Source: Oikopleura dioica
Taxonomy: Eukaryota > Animalia > Chordata
NCBI GenBank assembly: GCA_907165135.1
Contig: OU015566.1
Coordinates: 10,788,001-10,852,000, forward strand
Length of the DNA: 64,000 bases
Direction of reading: 5' to 3'
In this document: one piece after another, positions 14,238 to 26,600 of the stretch
How positions within the stretch are numbered: the stretch's first letter is position 1
How the letters are laid out: the number at the start of each line of letters is the position of its first letter
Notes under the pieces: generated by a model
What the model saw: only the letters and a program-made list of their open reading frames with translations
Database searches by the model: none
Told to the model about the DNA's origin: nothing
Made by a program: the position numbers and the translations under genes

Positions 14238-14730
14238 TAACAAGTGCTCTTCCCAAAAATTTCAAGTTTCTCCAGTCTACCAGTCTACATTGACGAAATG
14301 ATAAAGCCCACTCGAAAGTGAAATTTCAAGTGCCGCGGAAAGCAGCCAGACAGGCTCCGAAATGCATATAATTAAATTCACTTGATTTTTATTCAAGAAG
14401 CCCGATCTTAAACCACTATTTAAATTCGATCCAAATCACTAGATTGCTTTCGAAAATCTTCCCTCACGGGATAGAGCCAGTAATGACCTTTAATTTTATT
14501 GCTCTGTAACTGCTTCTACAAAATTTCAGTAATTGTTTATTCTTTATAAATCAAGATTTTATCGACTACCTGTACAACTGTTTAACCTTTGAATCGGATA
14601 ATAGACTTTTGCCCTTATTCTTTTACCAATTTTGCAACACACTGAAATAGAGGAAACTCAAGAAATATTTTTTATCGACATTTATTCACAACAAAAATAG
14701 ACCGGCGCAGATAATTTCTTATAAACAATT

Positions 14731-16114
14731 TCATGCTATGGAGAGTCGTTTCTTGATCAAATTCGGGATCTTTGCGAAAACAGCGATTGCACTCCTGCGT
14801 CGCTTCATGCTCCTCTGACTTTTCTCAGCTATCAGCTGATCAGCGTTCGACAGGTCTTTCTGGCTGATGATGGATTCGGAGATGTCGGAGGCGCTCATTT
14901 CAGCGCTCGAGTTTCCGCTGGGCGTCATGCAGGAAGCACTTCGTTTTGTCCGGACTTGCAAGGCTGGCTCGGGCTTGGCCGGTTTGGATGGGAGAAAGGA
15001 GGGGTAGGAGGAAATGTTCTTAGGGCGGATCGATGTTTGTTGAAGAAGGCAGCCAAGCCAGCGTCGTCGCTCGGTTCGATCTTTGTATCTGAATTGGACT
15101 TTAGAAACAAAAATTTTTTGGGTAACTATTCGATGAAATATTTTAGCTTCAACTTTTTGATCAAATGATTGCTTACCTAAGGTAGTAGCAGGTGTTATCA
15201 CTCAGCGTGAGCTTCAAAACTCCCCGTCCTCGGTGTCTGACTTCTCTGACTTTCGCAATGGCCAAAGAGACCCGTGACTGAAGATGAAACGTCGTCGGAT
15301 CAGAGAGAGCTAGAATACCGTCTCCCACAACCAGGTGCACCCAGCGCCATTCCAGCTAAAATTTATAATCAATTGACAAGTCCTTGATTGAATCAAGCCC
15401 CGGAATGTTGCTTCACACGGCTTGATTATTTCCGAAATAAGTCCGTACATCTGTGATGTGGTTAAAAATCATCGTGGCGTAAACCCCGCCCGCTTTGCTT
15501 TTTATCTTTGCTGATACCAAAATCGCCCGGAAGTGCTCTAACAAGTTTTGGGTCCACTCTCCATCTCAGAGGAGTGAGTGCACTGGACCGAAAACGGACC
15601 GTGAAATAAATCAGAATCCAATTTTTGATCCGCCGACAAAAATGATAGATACAATAGCGCGATTCTGATGACAGGGATCAAAGTTTTGGATTTCTTACTT
15701 CTTTGAGCTGATTATCAACGGTCTCCAGCATCGTCAACTGTCGGCTGATCTGAGCCATTGTCGCAAGGGATCTGAATTTGGGATTAGGGATGTCTTTAAA
15801 AGTTGAATTTTTAGTTCAGTTTTCTTGTTTCTCATAATAATGCGATAAAAAGTACCTGATGAGTGGTTTTTTAGCTTTGGCACGAGTAATTTTTCGATTG
15901 AGCGAGCTTGAGCTGAATGTCATTTCTACATCGCTGATGACCTCAACAGACCCCTGACGGGCGAGATTTGACCTCAAGGGAGTAGCTAAAGAAATTGCTT
16001 AGATAATGCTAGAAAAGATGTTTTCTTACCGTATGAGACGATTTCGTTTTCAGGCTCTTTTGGAGCGGGCATCGAGGGAGTTCGAAAAGAAAGAGTTCTT
16101 CGAGTAAGCACCAT
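14731..16114 (-). CDS. PH-domain protein (multi-exon)
   Basis: Exon ~15180-15355 reads LEWRWVHLVVGDGILALSDP...VREV...VLKLTLSDNTCYYL and splices to RYKDRTERRRWLGCLLQQ, a PH-domain C-terminal helix with its Trp. The 5' exons are approximate. Confidence 0.5.
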
Positions 16115-17028
16115 GTTTTTCTATGATCAAGTTTCTCTCAAGATATTCAGAAGAGTCTTATAAAATTTGATTCTATTGGATTGTTGATTCGTAAAAGTAC
16201 GAGGTTTGGGTCTTCCCGTAAGTTTCTTTTTGAATTGCGCGCGCTTTCGAGCGCCCTAGTCGCCTGCTATGCAGCGCCCTCCATGGTCAGCCATCTGTGG
16301 CGCGAGCTGTCATGCTCGGCTCTATGACTTTATGGGGGATCGAAGGTAAATTTGCTTAGAACTCGTAAGTATCCCTGGGAAATTTGCTTAGAAATTAACG
16401 GGATGAGATTTTATGTTGCCATCCTGTTTTGGAAGGTTAAGAATTCGCAACATTGCACAAGACTTTTGTATACAATCATCTGTCACAATAAATCATCATG
16501 TGAATGTATGGCACGAATGTGTCAATATGCTTGTCAATTTCGCCCCAATCGCTCCTCCAAATCGTATTTTTCAGTCAATAATCGTCAAGTCGCGAACAAC
16601 ACGAATCTATCATCCCTTTTGTCAAACCCTTGAATGGACAAATAGGCGTTCTTTTTGGACCTACGAGGAAAAGGTTCTATTGATAGGCTCACTTTTGAGA
16701 AACCGACAATTCTGAAAGGAAACTGCGGTACAAAAGCGCAAGCGAGGACAAGAATTAAGGATCCGACGCTCTTAAATCTTTGAACTGGTTGTCAGCATTC
16801 TAAAATATTGAAGACATGTAAAAGAGAAAAGGCTTTTTCCTATTTTTTTCCCCAAAAAACGACCACTAAATATATAAAATTCCAAACAAAACTTGTGTTT
16901 TGCGGTTAGATTTGAAATATTTCTTGGCGAAGGTCATCGAGCGCTGACCGCGGCTTTTACCACAAAACAGCTGGTTTGGATATTTTGTGTTTTATTGTTC
17001 TTATAAACGAGTTTCCAAGTTTTCCAAG

Positions 17029-17322
17029 CTATTTGAAGAATTGCTCGAATGCTTGATCCCTGAAGTCGTGAGCAGCTTCGTCGCTTCTCAAAAGTTCCCA
17101 AAGAAGTGCAGAGTCAATAGATTCAGTGGCTAATTGCGACTTGAAAGAACTTTCTCCTTTCTTGTTAGAACTTTTTCTTTGCTTGTACTTCAAGAAGCTG
17201 TAAAGGCTGTCATCTGCGTCAAAAAATCTCCGTTTCTCAAGATTTTCGGGAGATCTTTCGGACTCAGCAAAGCTCTGATGGACAAAAAATAGGATGAACG
17301 ATCTGAGCCCCAACATTTTCAT
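17029..17322 (-). CDS. Small putative secreted peptide precursor (97 aa)
   Basis: Isolated single-exon ORF with a hydrophobic N-terminus (SFILFFVHQSFA) followed by KRR, RK and KK basic sites. No Cys. Confidence 0.4.
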   Translation of the reverse strand: MKMLGLRSFILFFVHQSFAESERSPENLEKRRFFDADDSLYSFLKYKQRKSSNKKGESSFKSQLATESIDSALLWELLRSDEAAHDFRDQAFEQFFK

Positions 17323-18918
17323 GATTTGCGTATAATTTTCGACATCAATGCTCTTTATTGTGCTCGTGTTTAATTAAGGATATTATCATAACAGGCGAAA
17401 AATTGAATTAATCAAGCTCAAGGTAATATTGCATCTACCAGCAGCAAGTTAAAGCATATTCGAGGAGATATAATTTTCTAAAATGTAAATACCCCTCTTC
17501 TCCGGAACTGACCGACTTCTGGCGGCTCTCCAAAACTCTGACCCGTCGGAATCCGCTCTCGCCCATTTCCGCCCTGGCTAACATGCATTCAAGCCCTATT
17601 CTACCGCCTGGGAAAATCTTTCAGAACCGCGAAATTCCGAATTTACCGTAATTAGACATCTCCATCAAAAATTCGCGAGGAATTCTTTCTCGTGGGTTTT
17701 TATCGGGCCTCCCCATCTTATAATCCTTATCGCGTGATTAAGGGCTGGGAAATAATGGGGGTACGGATAGTCACGTGATTATTTAATGCGAGAAATGATG
17801 AATTGACACGCTGAGAGGTGATAAGATGCATAAAGATGATATGCATTAATTCATGATTAGCTTCTATCTGGGGGTCAACTCAGAGCTTCTGGCGTAGGAG
17901 AATATTAAACAAGGAGAAGCATGGTGACACCCTACGATCCTTTGATCTTGACGCCTAAGAATTCAGGAACAAGAATGTATTTCTTGGGGTCCTTAAATTC
18001 CATAAATCCAAGTATTTCTTGTAAAATGTAGTCTTCGTGCTTTAGCGGCAGCATAAATTTGGCCCTTAGATAAACGAAGACTCAACTGATATAAAAATAG
18101 GTGGAGAACAAAATCAGCACCTGGATTCCTTCGTGCCCTCGCCCGAGCTGTGGGTTTTGTTTATCCGAGCATGAAAAGTCCTCTCCCATTAGATCTGGCC
18201 TTGATAACTAGAAATAATGAGGGATCACCTGCTTACTTTAATTATCTATCTTTTAAGAGGACCTTAGCAAAAGCCTCTGCGATTCGAATTTTTAAGAAAG
18301 TTTGCCTTGTTTAAATCTGTGCGCTGTTTTAAAAAATGTTTGCAAATATTTTCATCACCTCTACTTCCGCCGAATTTTTTTTTTCTTATCAGGTGCAGTT
18401 CGAAAACTCAGATTTGGATCAGTTGGCTTCCGCTCTCTTTGCCGAGAATAATCCGGGTCATTTAGCTCTGTTTTCACACAGCTTTTCCGGCTTTTTTGAT
18501 AAAGATCATCAAGGAAAAGGATTTTCTGCAGTTAGAAAGTCGAACATTTCCGGATCAAGGCTTCTTTATCAAAATTAAAAAGAAACTTACTTACTGGTCA
18601 CGAGAACCCTGTTCTTGATAAGTTAATTCATTCAACAAGACATTATTATATTTACAAATCTGTCAAACACCATCAATTTATCCCCTGTACCCGATTTACA
18701 CGAAGAAAATAGAATTAACAAACAAGCACGCTCCCAGGAGAAGAACACGAATTATTTTATTGCGTTGACCTTAGGAGGTCAATCGCAGCAACGCTTGTCA
18801 AACTAAATCAAATTAGGGGTAAAGAAATTTCATCAAAATTGAGGCACACAGTCGTTTTATCGGGATCATTTTCTGTATTGAAGAAGAACTTTCATATTTA
18901 CCAAAGCATTTCATGCTT

Positions 18919-19332
18919 TTATCGTTTTTCTGGTAATTTATTCAAAAACGCGTAATCATGTGATATGATACAAAGCACGTGTACAGATGTATACAGATGA
19001 TAAGGCACGTATAATGAGGATTTCTTTGATGATAGTACCTTCTGATAAATGCTAGCATCTATACGATAATGAAATTGATAAACCCTTATTATAATATTCT
19101 TGATCGAAACGAGCTGATCTATCTCCATTTCCAATCTCGCATTATTTGTTTTCCCAGGCAATACCGAGGCACTGAAAAATTCCTCTGCACGTGACGGATC
19201 ACGTGATGTATCTGACAGGTGCTTTTGCAGCATTTTCGCATGACAGAAAGTGTATTTCAGAATCAGTTGTGTTTTGAAACTAACAAAACATCCTCCCCTC
19301 GATTTTGTATTTTTCAAATAGTTCACTTGCAA
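18919..19332 (-). CDS. Hypothetical coding exon
   Basis: 137-codon open frame with protein-like composition from MLQKHL onward. No recognisable motif. Confidence 0.2.
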   Translation of the reverse strand: MQVNYLKNTKSRGGCFVSFKTQLILKYTFCHAKMLQKHLSDTSRDPSRAEEFFSASVLPGKTNNARLEMEIDQLVSIKNIIIRVYQFHYRIDASIYQKVLSSKKSSLYVPYHLYTSVHVLCIISHDYAFLNKLPEKR

Positions 19333-21037
19333 AATAGAAGGGATGAGAAGGTTTTGGGTATTCTGGAATTATGAGGGGAAGAATAATAAACACAGTTGTT
19401 TTGACCGGGATTTACTGTACTTCCGGATTAAGAGTGCAACCCCCTGCAATGTCCTGTTTTATATCTTTATGGTATTGTCTTAGTATTTCCGCTATAAACT
19501 CAATGATCCGCTCATAAACCTTCAAAAATCAAGCTAATTTGGTCCCTAACTCAGTTGGAGATGATCTCCCGCCGAGAGGAGAGATCAAAACGCGATTGCT
19601 GGAAAAACTTTCTTTGTTCGGAAATCGAAACCCGCCTCGGTTGGTGAGGAACATTATGGCCCCGTGACTTTGATCAGGTGCACGTGATTGATCAAAATTA
19701 AGGGGAGACGGAAGGTGCGGAAAATTGACGAAGATCAAAGGACAAGCCCGTATGTTGCAACAAGTACTTATCGATAGGACTAGAGCCTTTAAGAATTATG
19801 TATAGATTTCACCAACAAGATTGGCCACAATTCTGGCATCAACCTGTTTATATCATTTTACCGAAGAAAATAAAGCACTGAGAGATTTCCTTCATCCGAT
19901 TTCGCAACAAACCATCCTTTCCTCCTTTTCCAAACAGCGGGGCGGATAAAGGAGGAAAGTTTTGAAAAGGATGAAAGGACCACAATCGAGCACAGAGATC
20001 AGGGATAAGCTCGGGGTAAAGTAGAAATAAAGGAAGTGCTTGATCTTTGTGCAAAGTCATCGAGCGGACGGGTCAAAAGTTTCCGTTTCCGGAAAGGGAC
20101 TCGGAAGTAAGGGCATCCACTCAAACATGACTGAGAAGAAGTTAATTTGCGCAAGATTAATCCTTCGTCAAATTCTCCGAAGATCGACAAATCAAAGAAG
20201 AAAAATGCAGCAAAACATGGTCCGCAGCTCTTCGAGTTCGAATCCCGAAGACGAAACATGTTCTTTGGCATCGAATTTTCATAAAACCCTTGAGTGTTAT
20301 CTTGAACTTGAAAAGTGGAAAATGCGACAACTTCAAGGGGCTTTGACGCTTCTCATCCTCAAAATACTCGAGCTGATAATGTCACTCCTTCCGGTTCTGT
20401 CCTCTTTGCATAATTAAAATGTCTAGCTTTCGATAAAGGAAAAAAAAGTAACTTCAAAAAGAAATTTTTCAGTAACCTTCCCCGAATCGTACATAAACAA
20501 GTTAGAGGTCATGTTTTCTAAGAGCAAGCCTTTTTGTCACATCAAAGCCTTTAAACCGACAAAGGAGAAAATAAACAATAATAAAATTATTTACTCTAAC
20601 AATTATTTGAATAAAGCTTTATTGCTAAAAGACCTCTTCGTTTAGTAAAAGCCTATCAACTTATTTAACCTGTACTAATTATGCTCCAAAACAAAACGCA
20701 CCCACAACCTTTAACCTGTCAGCTGGCCGTGGGATGTTTTGGACAAGCAGGCTAATCTTTTTTGTTTACCTAAAAACGAGACTCTCATTAGGGAAGTTCG
20801 ATTAGCGAGGCGATTTTGAGCACAAAGCTGGCTAAATCTTATCAACATTGTCGTGTGGTTAAGGCCCTGGTCAATTTGGCACTTCTCGGCTTGACGATAA
20901 AGAAAATTTTCATTCCCAGCGTTTTTACTAGACAAATCTTACGTCGTTGGATAGTTATAAAACTCTGAGTTATCAATTTCCTGTTTACAGCACAAAATTA
21001 CTATCTAACCATCATCGTTTAAATTATTAGCATAAAA

Positions 21038-22071
21038 ATGGAAAACGGGAGATACAAAAGCGAGTTTGGCTACGAGTTAGAGACGTATAAATGGAAACCA
21101 GTCGGTGAAGCTAAATTTGTTCTCTACATAAGTCACGGATACGGCGGCCGTGGAGCAGAGCTCAGCTACACCCGAGAGTTAATTCCGAAGATGTTAGACT
21201 TGGGAGGAATAGTTTACAGGAAGAAGCTTGAAAGAAAGCATTTTCTTTTTCATTTCGTGAATCTGTAGATAGCTTGTTAAAGTCACGATCACTATGCTCA
21301 CGGGAAATCCGGACCCTTTGAAAGAACCCACCGGGATCGTTGTCAACTCAAGAGCTTCGATGAATCTGCGAGAGATCTTTTTGCGAGAATCGAGGCTTCT
21401 AAAGAGGAACATCCACAGCTACCAGTTATAGTGATGGGAACGTCTCTCGGTGGATTGCTGAGCCTGATTGCAATTAAAAATGATAATCTTAAAATCGATT
21501 GCCTTGTGCTTCTTGCTCCGGCTGTAGAGGTTTTAATGCTCGAATTTATTGTATTTTTATAAGAAATGAGGTTTCGAAAACAACTGCGCCTTCATGGCTA
21601 AGAGTTGTTGGAAGAATTGCGAGTTGCTGTTGTCCTTCATTAAAAACTCCGAAAGACCGTGATAATAATTTAGTCACGAGAAATAAGGTAGAATAGTTGG
21701 AGGAACCATTAGGATTCGTGTCATTTTAGATCCTCCAAAAAGCGATTGAAGAAGAAGACGCGGTTTATGGACCAAATGGAGGTTACAGTTTAGATTTTGG
21801 AGTTCGATTTCTCGATGCTCAAGAGGACGTCCGACGATGGATCAAAGCAGGATTGTTTCCAAAGAACATTTCGCTCGCGATTTTTACTGGAACAGATGAC
21901 CAAGTAATCACTCCCAAAGGGTCTTATTTCTTGGAGAAGTATATTGACGGAGCCAGATTGTACACTTATGAAGGAGCCTATCATTCGCTCGTCAACGAGT
22001 TGCCAGATACTACCGAGAAGTTTTACAAAGACTTTATCAATGTTATTAATTTGGCCATTGATAAACAATAA
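21038..22071 (+). CDS. Monoglyceride-lipase-like alpha/beta hydrolase (Hydrolase_4)
   Basis: SHGYGG, HDHYAHGKS, nucleophile elbow GTSLGG, VLLAPA, TGTDDQV (catalytic Asp) and YEGAYHSL (catalytic His). Includes a GA-AG intron at 21220-21282. Confidence 0.85.
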
Positions 22072-23472
22072 AGTTTTAGATTCAAAAAATGCCGCTAGAA
22101 ACAAGTGTCAAAGCAGATTAGTCAGGGCCCTCGCATGGGTGTTATGGGAATCTCGGAGAAGTGCTCTCAGCGCGCGCTGGATCTTTCAAGTGCTTCTAGC
22201 TGTCGAATGATCACGTGTTTGTTGCTGGGAGGGCGTTTGATCACTCGATGCGGATAATTGAGCGCATTACAAGAAGCTGTCACTTATCCGACATCTCTTA
22301 AACGGGATTAGACGATATTTAGATCGAATTAAGAAGTGTCACTCGGCGAGGTGAACCCTTAATTTCATTATAGGGATGCCGGTATATATAATCGGGATCA
22401 TAAGAAACAACCTTATCTATTGCATAAAAATTGGCCAGGGTAAATAGTTGAATCCAAGTTGATCTGTATATTTCTTCGGAAATCCGCACTAGAATCTCCT
22501 GCTGGTCACCAGCCAGCCCTTGAGCCGCCCATATCCCCGAAATTTCACGGTCGAAAATCTCCGACCTAGATAACCCTTATTCAAACAATCACAATTTCGC
22601 GAGTTTAGCTTTTTCGTGAAATCGAATGTTTTCGATCGAGTGTGCAATTTTCCCTCCCCTTGAGACTAATTTTCTGTTTTGTGTATTTGCGAATGAAGCA
22701 GTTTTGGAAGGACTTGGGCGAAAATGAGGATGAGGGATGAATAGCTGCTCGAATAAAGTGGGGATTGCGCGCTTTGTCAGAAGATTTGAGGGATTGGGAG
22801 AAAATAACAAAATATCGTAATTGTTTATTGAGGGGAAAAAGGAGAAAGGGTTCTTTTCGTTCTTGGCGTTTCTAAATTTCTGAATGAAGGATGCAGACTG
22901 TTTTTACGAAGTGTATTTGCTCTCCTAAAAGTTTATCAATCCGTCTTTCCCTGAAAATTTCGTAAAACGAATCTTACCTTGAATTCATCGCCGAGCACCC
23001 CAATTGATCACCTCTCGTTGCTTGCTTCCAAACCGACCTCGTCAGTTTTACAAAAATGATCATGAAGAAAATGAAAATAACAAAAGTAAAAACGAGTGCC
23101 AGAATAAAAAAGACTCTCGCTGTGTTCGATTTGAACATTCTCAAATGACCTTCGAATGGATTTTGCCGAGAGTTAACAAGGGCGAATATTGATTTAGAAA
23201 TAATTTTCTAAAGCTCTTGGCGTTGACCTGCTAATTGCTCAGTTATCTGGCGGCAGTTTCTTTTCGAATAATTATTTCAAAACTAAGTATCTATCGTCTC
23301 TGGCAGAATGAAATAGGAAGGATATCACGCTTTGATACAACCTTTGAAGTACCAGGCCTGGCTCCACTATCACTCCGTTCAGCCATGAAAAAGCGCTAGA
23401 GTTCCTCTTCTTTTCTATATCAATCAACAACGACGCAACAGAAGAGAGAACCGACCGAGATTTTAGTCATTC

Positions 23473-23885
23473 ATGGTGAATTTTTCGTTTCTAGGATCGC
23501 GCAATGCTCAACTCCTCAAATCGCAGCGCATTGCCGATCAAATTTGCAAAGAAATCGTTGGCTTCATTGGTTCTATCTTTCTTATTTTGATGTCCATGTC
23601 GGGCTGCTACCTGATGCTTCGGATGGTGGCTAGAAGAGCGTCTGAGTCGACTACAAACGTAAATTTCCCTGTTTCAATGATGATGCAGACAACAAGACAA
23701 ATGGGTAAAGAAAAGATCGAAAAGCTCAAGATTCAACAGTTTTAGAATGCATACAGAGCCCGTTCTCGAGTCCTTGCGCATCTTTCACGTACGAGAATGT
23801 TCTTAGTTTCCTGAATAAAACTACAGCAGACAATGACGAGTGTAGAAGCGCCTCCATTTTCACCTGGCCCGATTGCTTGAACTGA
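23473..23885 (+). CDS. Hypothetical small single-pass membrane protein (3' exons)
   Basis: Hydrophobic IVGFIGSIFLILMSMSGCYLML segment; a GT-AG intron joins it to CIQSPFSSPCASFTYENVLSF...CLN*. The 5' end is unknown. Confidence 0.28.
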
Positions 23886-23959
23886 AATCAATCGAAATCA
23901 TATCAGATGACTGTACATGAAAAGTTACTTAAAAAATAAATAAATAAAAGCAGAGAAGA

Positions 23960-26600
23960 CTAGTAACCATCAGCAATATCAGTATCTAGTAAGTCGTACT
24001 CGAAAAGTGATCGTGGAGACAGAACAACGAGGCACATGCACACTCCAAGTCCGACGATGTGAGCGCACTGCTGGAGTAACAGAATCTAAACGGGGGTTAG
24101 TTTGGAAGGAGCGTAAAGTTCAAAAGAGTACCTTTGCCCGTGAAAGTTTCGTCGATTGCTGGCAATTAGATTCAGCGGCATTTGCTTCACCGAGCACGGC
24201 TCCGAAAGCCACATATATTGTCAATCCAAGAGCAGCCGCAGCACAGTACTAATCAATAAGTTAACTCTGCGCATAGAATCACCTCCAAAATATGAAGACA
24301 ACAAGGAAAAGAAAGCTTTCAAACAACAAGAAAAGACAACTAAAGCATTAAAACACCAGCTTTAAACGTTAAACCAGCCACTTTTTGTCAAGCAAAAGCA
24401 ACTTACTTGGTGCACATGAGCCCTACTAAAACCCTAAAGATCATTATTTCTACATCCGATTTTAAATAAAAAAATAGAATAATACCTGCTCTGGATTATC
24501 ACAAACAAGTGGACCTTCATTGCCTCCTTCAATGCCCAAATCAACTTTGCACTCGTCTCCACCAAAGGAATGGCAGATGTCATCACAATCGTCTGCTCTG
24601 TGGATATTATGCAACAATAGTTCTCCAATGACGATTCCCAAAAAGATAGGAAGCGAGCTCAGCACATTAAATAGTAGTGCCTATTGATGGGCCCAACAAA
24701 TAATAAAATAATTGCGCTTGGCGCCTGGAAGGGCCCATTTCCTCATGCGTGTTCATGCCAGAGGCCATGACCATGGCGAAGTCATTAATTTTGTGGAGGA
24801 ATTCTTCGGCGCAAATAGCAATTGAGATGCCAATGCCAGCGGGAAACGAGGAATTATACGCGGCTGCTATGGCGATGCTGAAGTACAAAAAATTCACATC
24901 ACGCAGTTTTTAATTCGTTTTCTTACCCGTGGACGATGTTCTCGATCGAATCACCGACGATAATGACCCAAGCAGTACTGGAAATTTGTTTGATATTTTT
25001 CCAACTTATGCCGTGTTTATGAACTTCATCATCATTTTTTCCTGCAGACTCGTTCCAATACTGACCATTATCTTCTACGATTTCTAAAACGACTTCAACG
25101 GGACATGTCAAAATTTCATGTTACCGCTTGGTCTCTCTGTGATTCTAACAGACTTTCTCGTTTCTGCTTCAGTTTTTCTCAAAATCGTTGTTCTCGTCGT
25201 ATCGATAACTTTTGCTTTTTTCTGCTGATAGACTTCTTCATTGTGATTTTCGTCAAGTTCCTTCATTTCGTCCTCTTCGATCGCTAGGCTTGGGTTGAGA
25301 AATCCTCCTTGACTCGAATAGCCAGGACTGTCGGACACATCTAGGAAGCCTATCGTTTTGCGGGGCTTTTTCAGAACGCTTTTCCTCGAATTTATTTGTT
25401 TTGGCTGCTCTTTTGGCTTTGAGAAACTTGTGCCTTCGATTTTCTTTTCTTCCTTGATTTCTTCTTCTGGGACATCTACAGTCAGTGTGGCCACGGTCAT
25501 TCGACTCTTTGAAACGTCAGATTGAGCTCGACTTCTTTGCTCGTCAAAGTCCAAGCCAGATAAGATGGATTCTAAGTTGGAATGTTCAAGGAAATTTTAG
25601 TAAATCACCTCGCGCGCGATCTTTCAGGTGATCCATAAAATGACGGGCGCGGAGATCAAGAATGATTCCATAAATTCAAACTGACCTGCGTATGTGTGCC
25701 TTTCAGCGGGCTCCGCACCGAATACAGAGATGACTCTATCGATGGAATGAAAAAGCCAAAATGCCACGTACATTATCGAAGCGTGAACTGGCCAGTGAGG
25801 CCACATTGCTGACTCGCAAGAGTCCATTCCAATTGCAGCAGGGAGCAGTTCGAAGATTGACATGGAAATCTATTTGATAAGAAGTGAAAAATTGGGGTTT
25901 TCTTACCAGCAAAGTGAGCGTAAATGAAGAAAGGAAGACCCTAAAGACCGCATATCGCGGACTGAACAAAATTGGCAGGCAAGTGAGCGATGTGTAACTT
26001 TTGGAAAGGCATGAAGAAGGAACTCATTTCTTATGTCATAAATGGTAATGAAGGGAAGAGAGTAAATTTTAGACTTCCTTTATCGCGCGCCCGACCTTAT
26101 GAGAACGCCAACGATTGCGGAGAACATGGCGAGGATCCACTGCTGCTGCTCATTCAGTGCCGGCTTGTATCTAAGATCACAGCAGTCGCAGTTCCACGAG
26201 TCGCCGTCTTCGATATAACTGTTGTAGTAATCGCATGCTTCTTGGGTACAAAAAGAATGTTCTTGATTATCTCCACTTGCTACAACGCAAACGTCGTCTT
26301 GAATACAGTTGCCTTCATTTAATGTGCAGCAATAGTACAGTGTACTCTGCCTCAAGCCCATCTACAGATAATTACAGAGGTCTGCTTTTTTCCGCCTAAG
26401 CCGTCCTCAGAACCTTTATCGCTTCTTTAAAATCTCTTACAAAAATGAAAAAAAAGACTAGAAATTATGTGGATGTGTAAACGAATTTCGTTCGACAAAT
26501 GCGTTCTCTTTTACAAATGTCACCAAGGCGGGCGCAAATTTGTATTTCAAGGACAAGTTTGCAGCCGACAATTCAACTGCCAGACATTTTGTTCTGTCCG
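23960..26600 (-). CDS. LIV-1 subfamily ZIP (SLC39A8/14-like) metal transporter with divergent metal-site motifs
   Basis: FAPALV (PAL-like) motif, FELLPAAIG, a long TM3-TM4 loop, TM4 VIIVGDSIENIVHGIAIAAAY, TM5 ISIAICAEEFLHKINDFAMVM and GMNTHE|ALLFNVLSS. The 5' end is not resolved. Confidence 0.8.

Noticed and set aside
14273-14288. Tandem 8-bp duplication CAGTCTAC as a hAT excision footprint
   Set aside because: One or two such duplications are expected by chance in 64 kb, and no empty-site comparison or clearly disrupted gene supports it.
17400-18300. GATA/CCCTTAT motif clusters as a specific enhancer code
   Set aside because: Counts by eye are not clearly above expectation for AT-rich DNA; an enrichment test would be needed.
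19850-20420. Overlapping short ORFs as a gene
   Set aside because: No consistent spliced frame or recognisable motif could be built.
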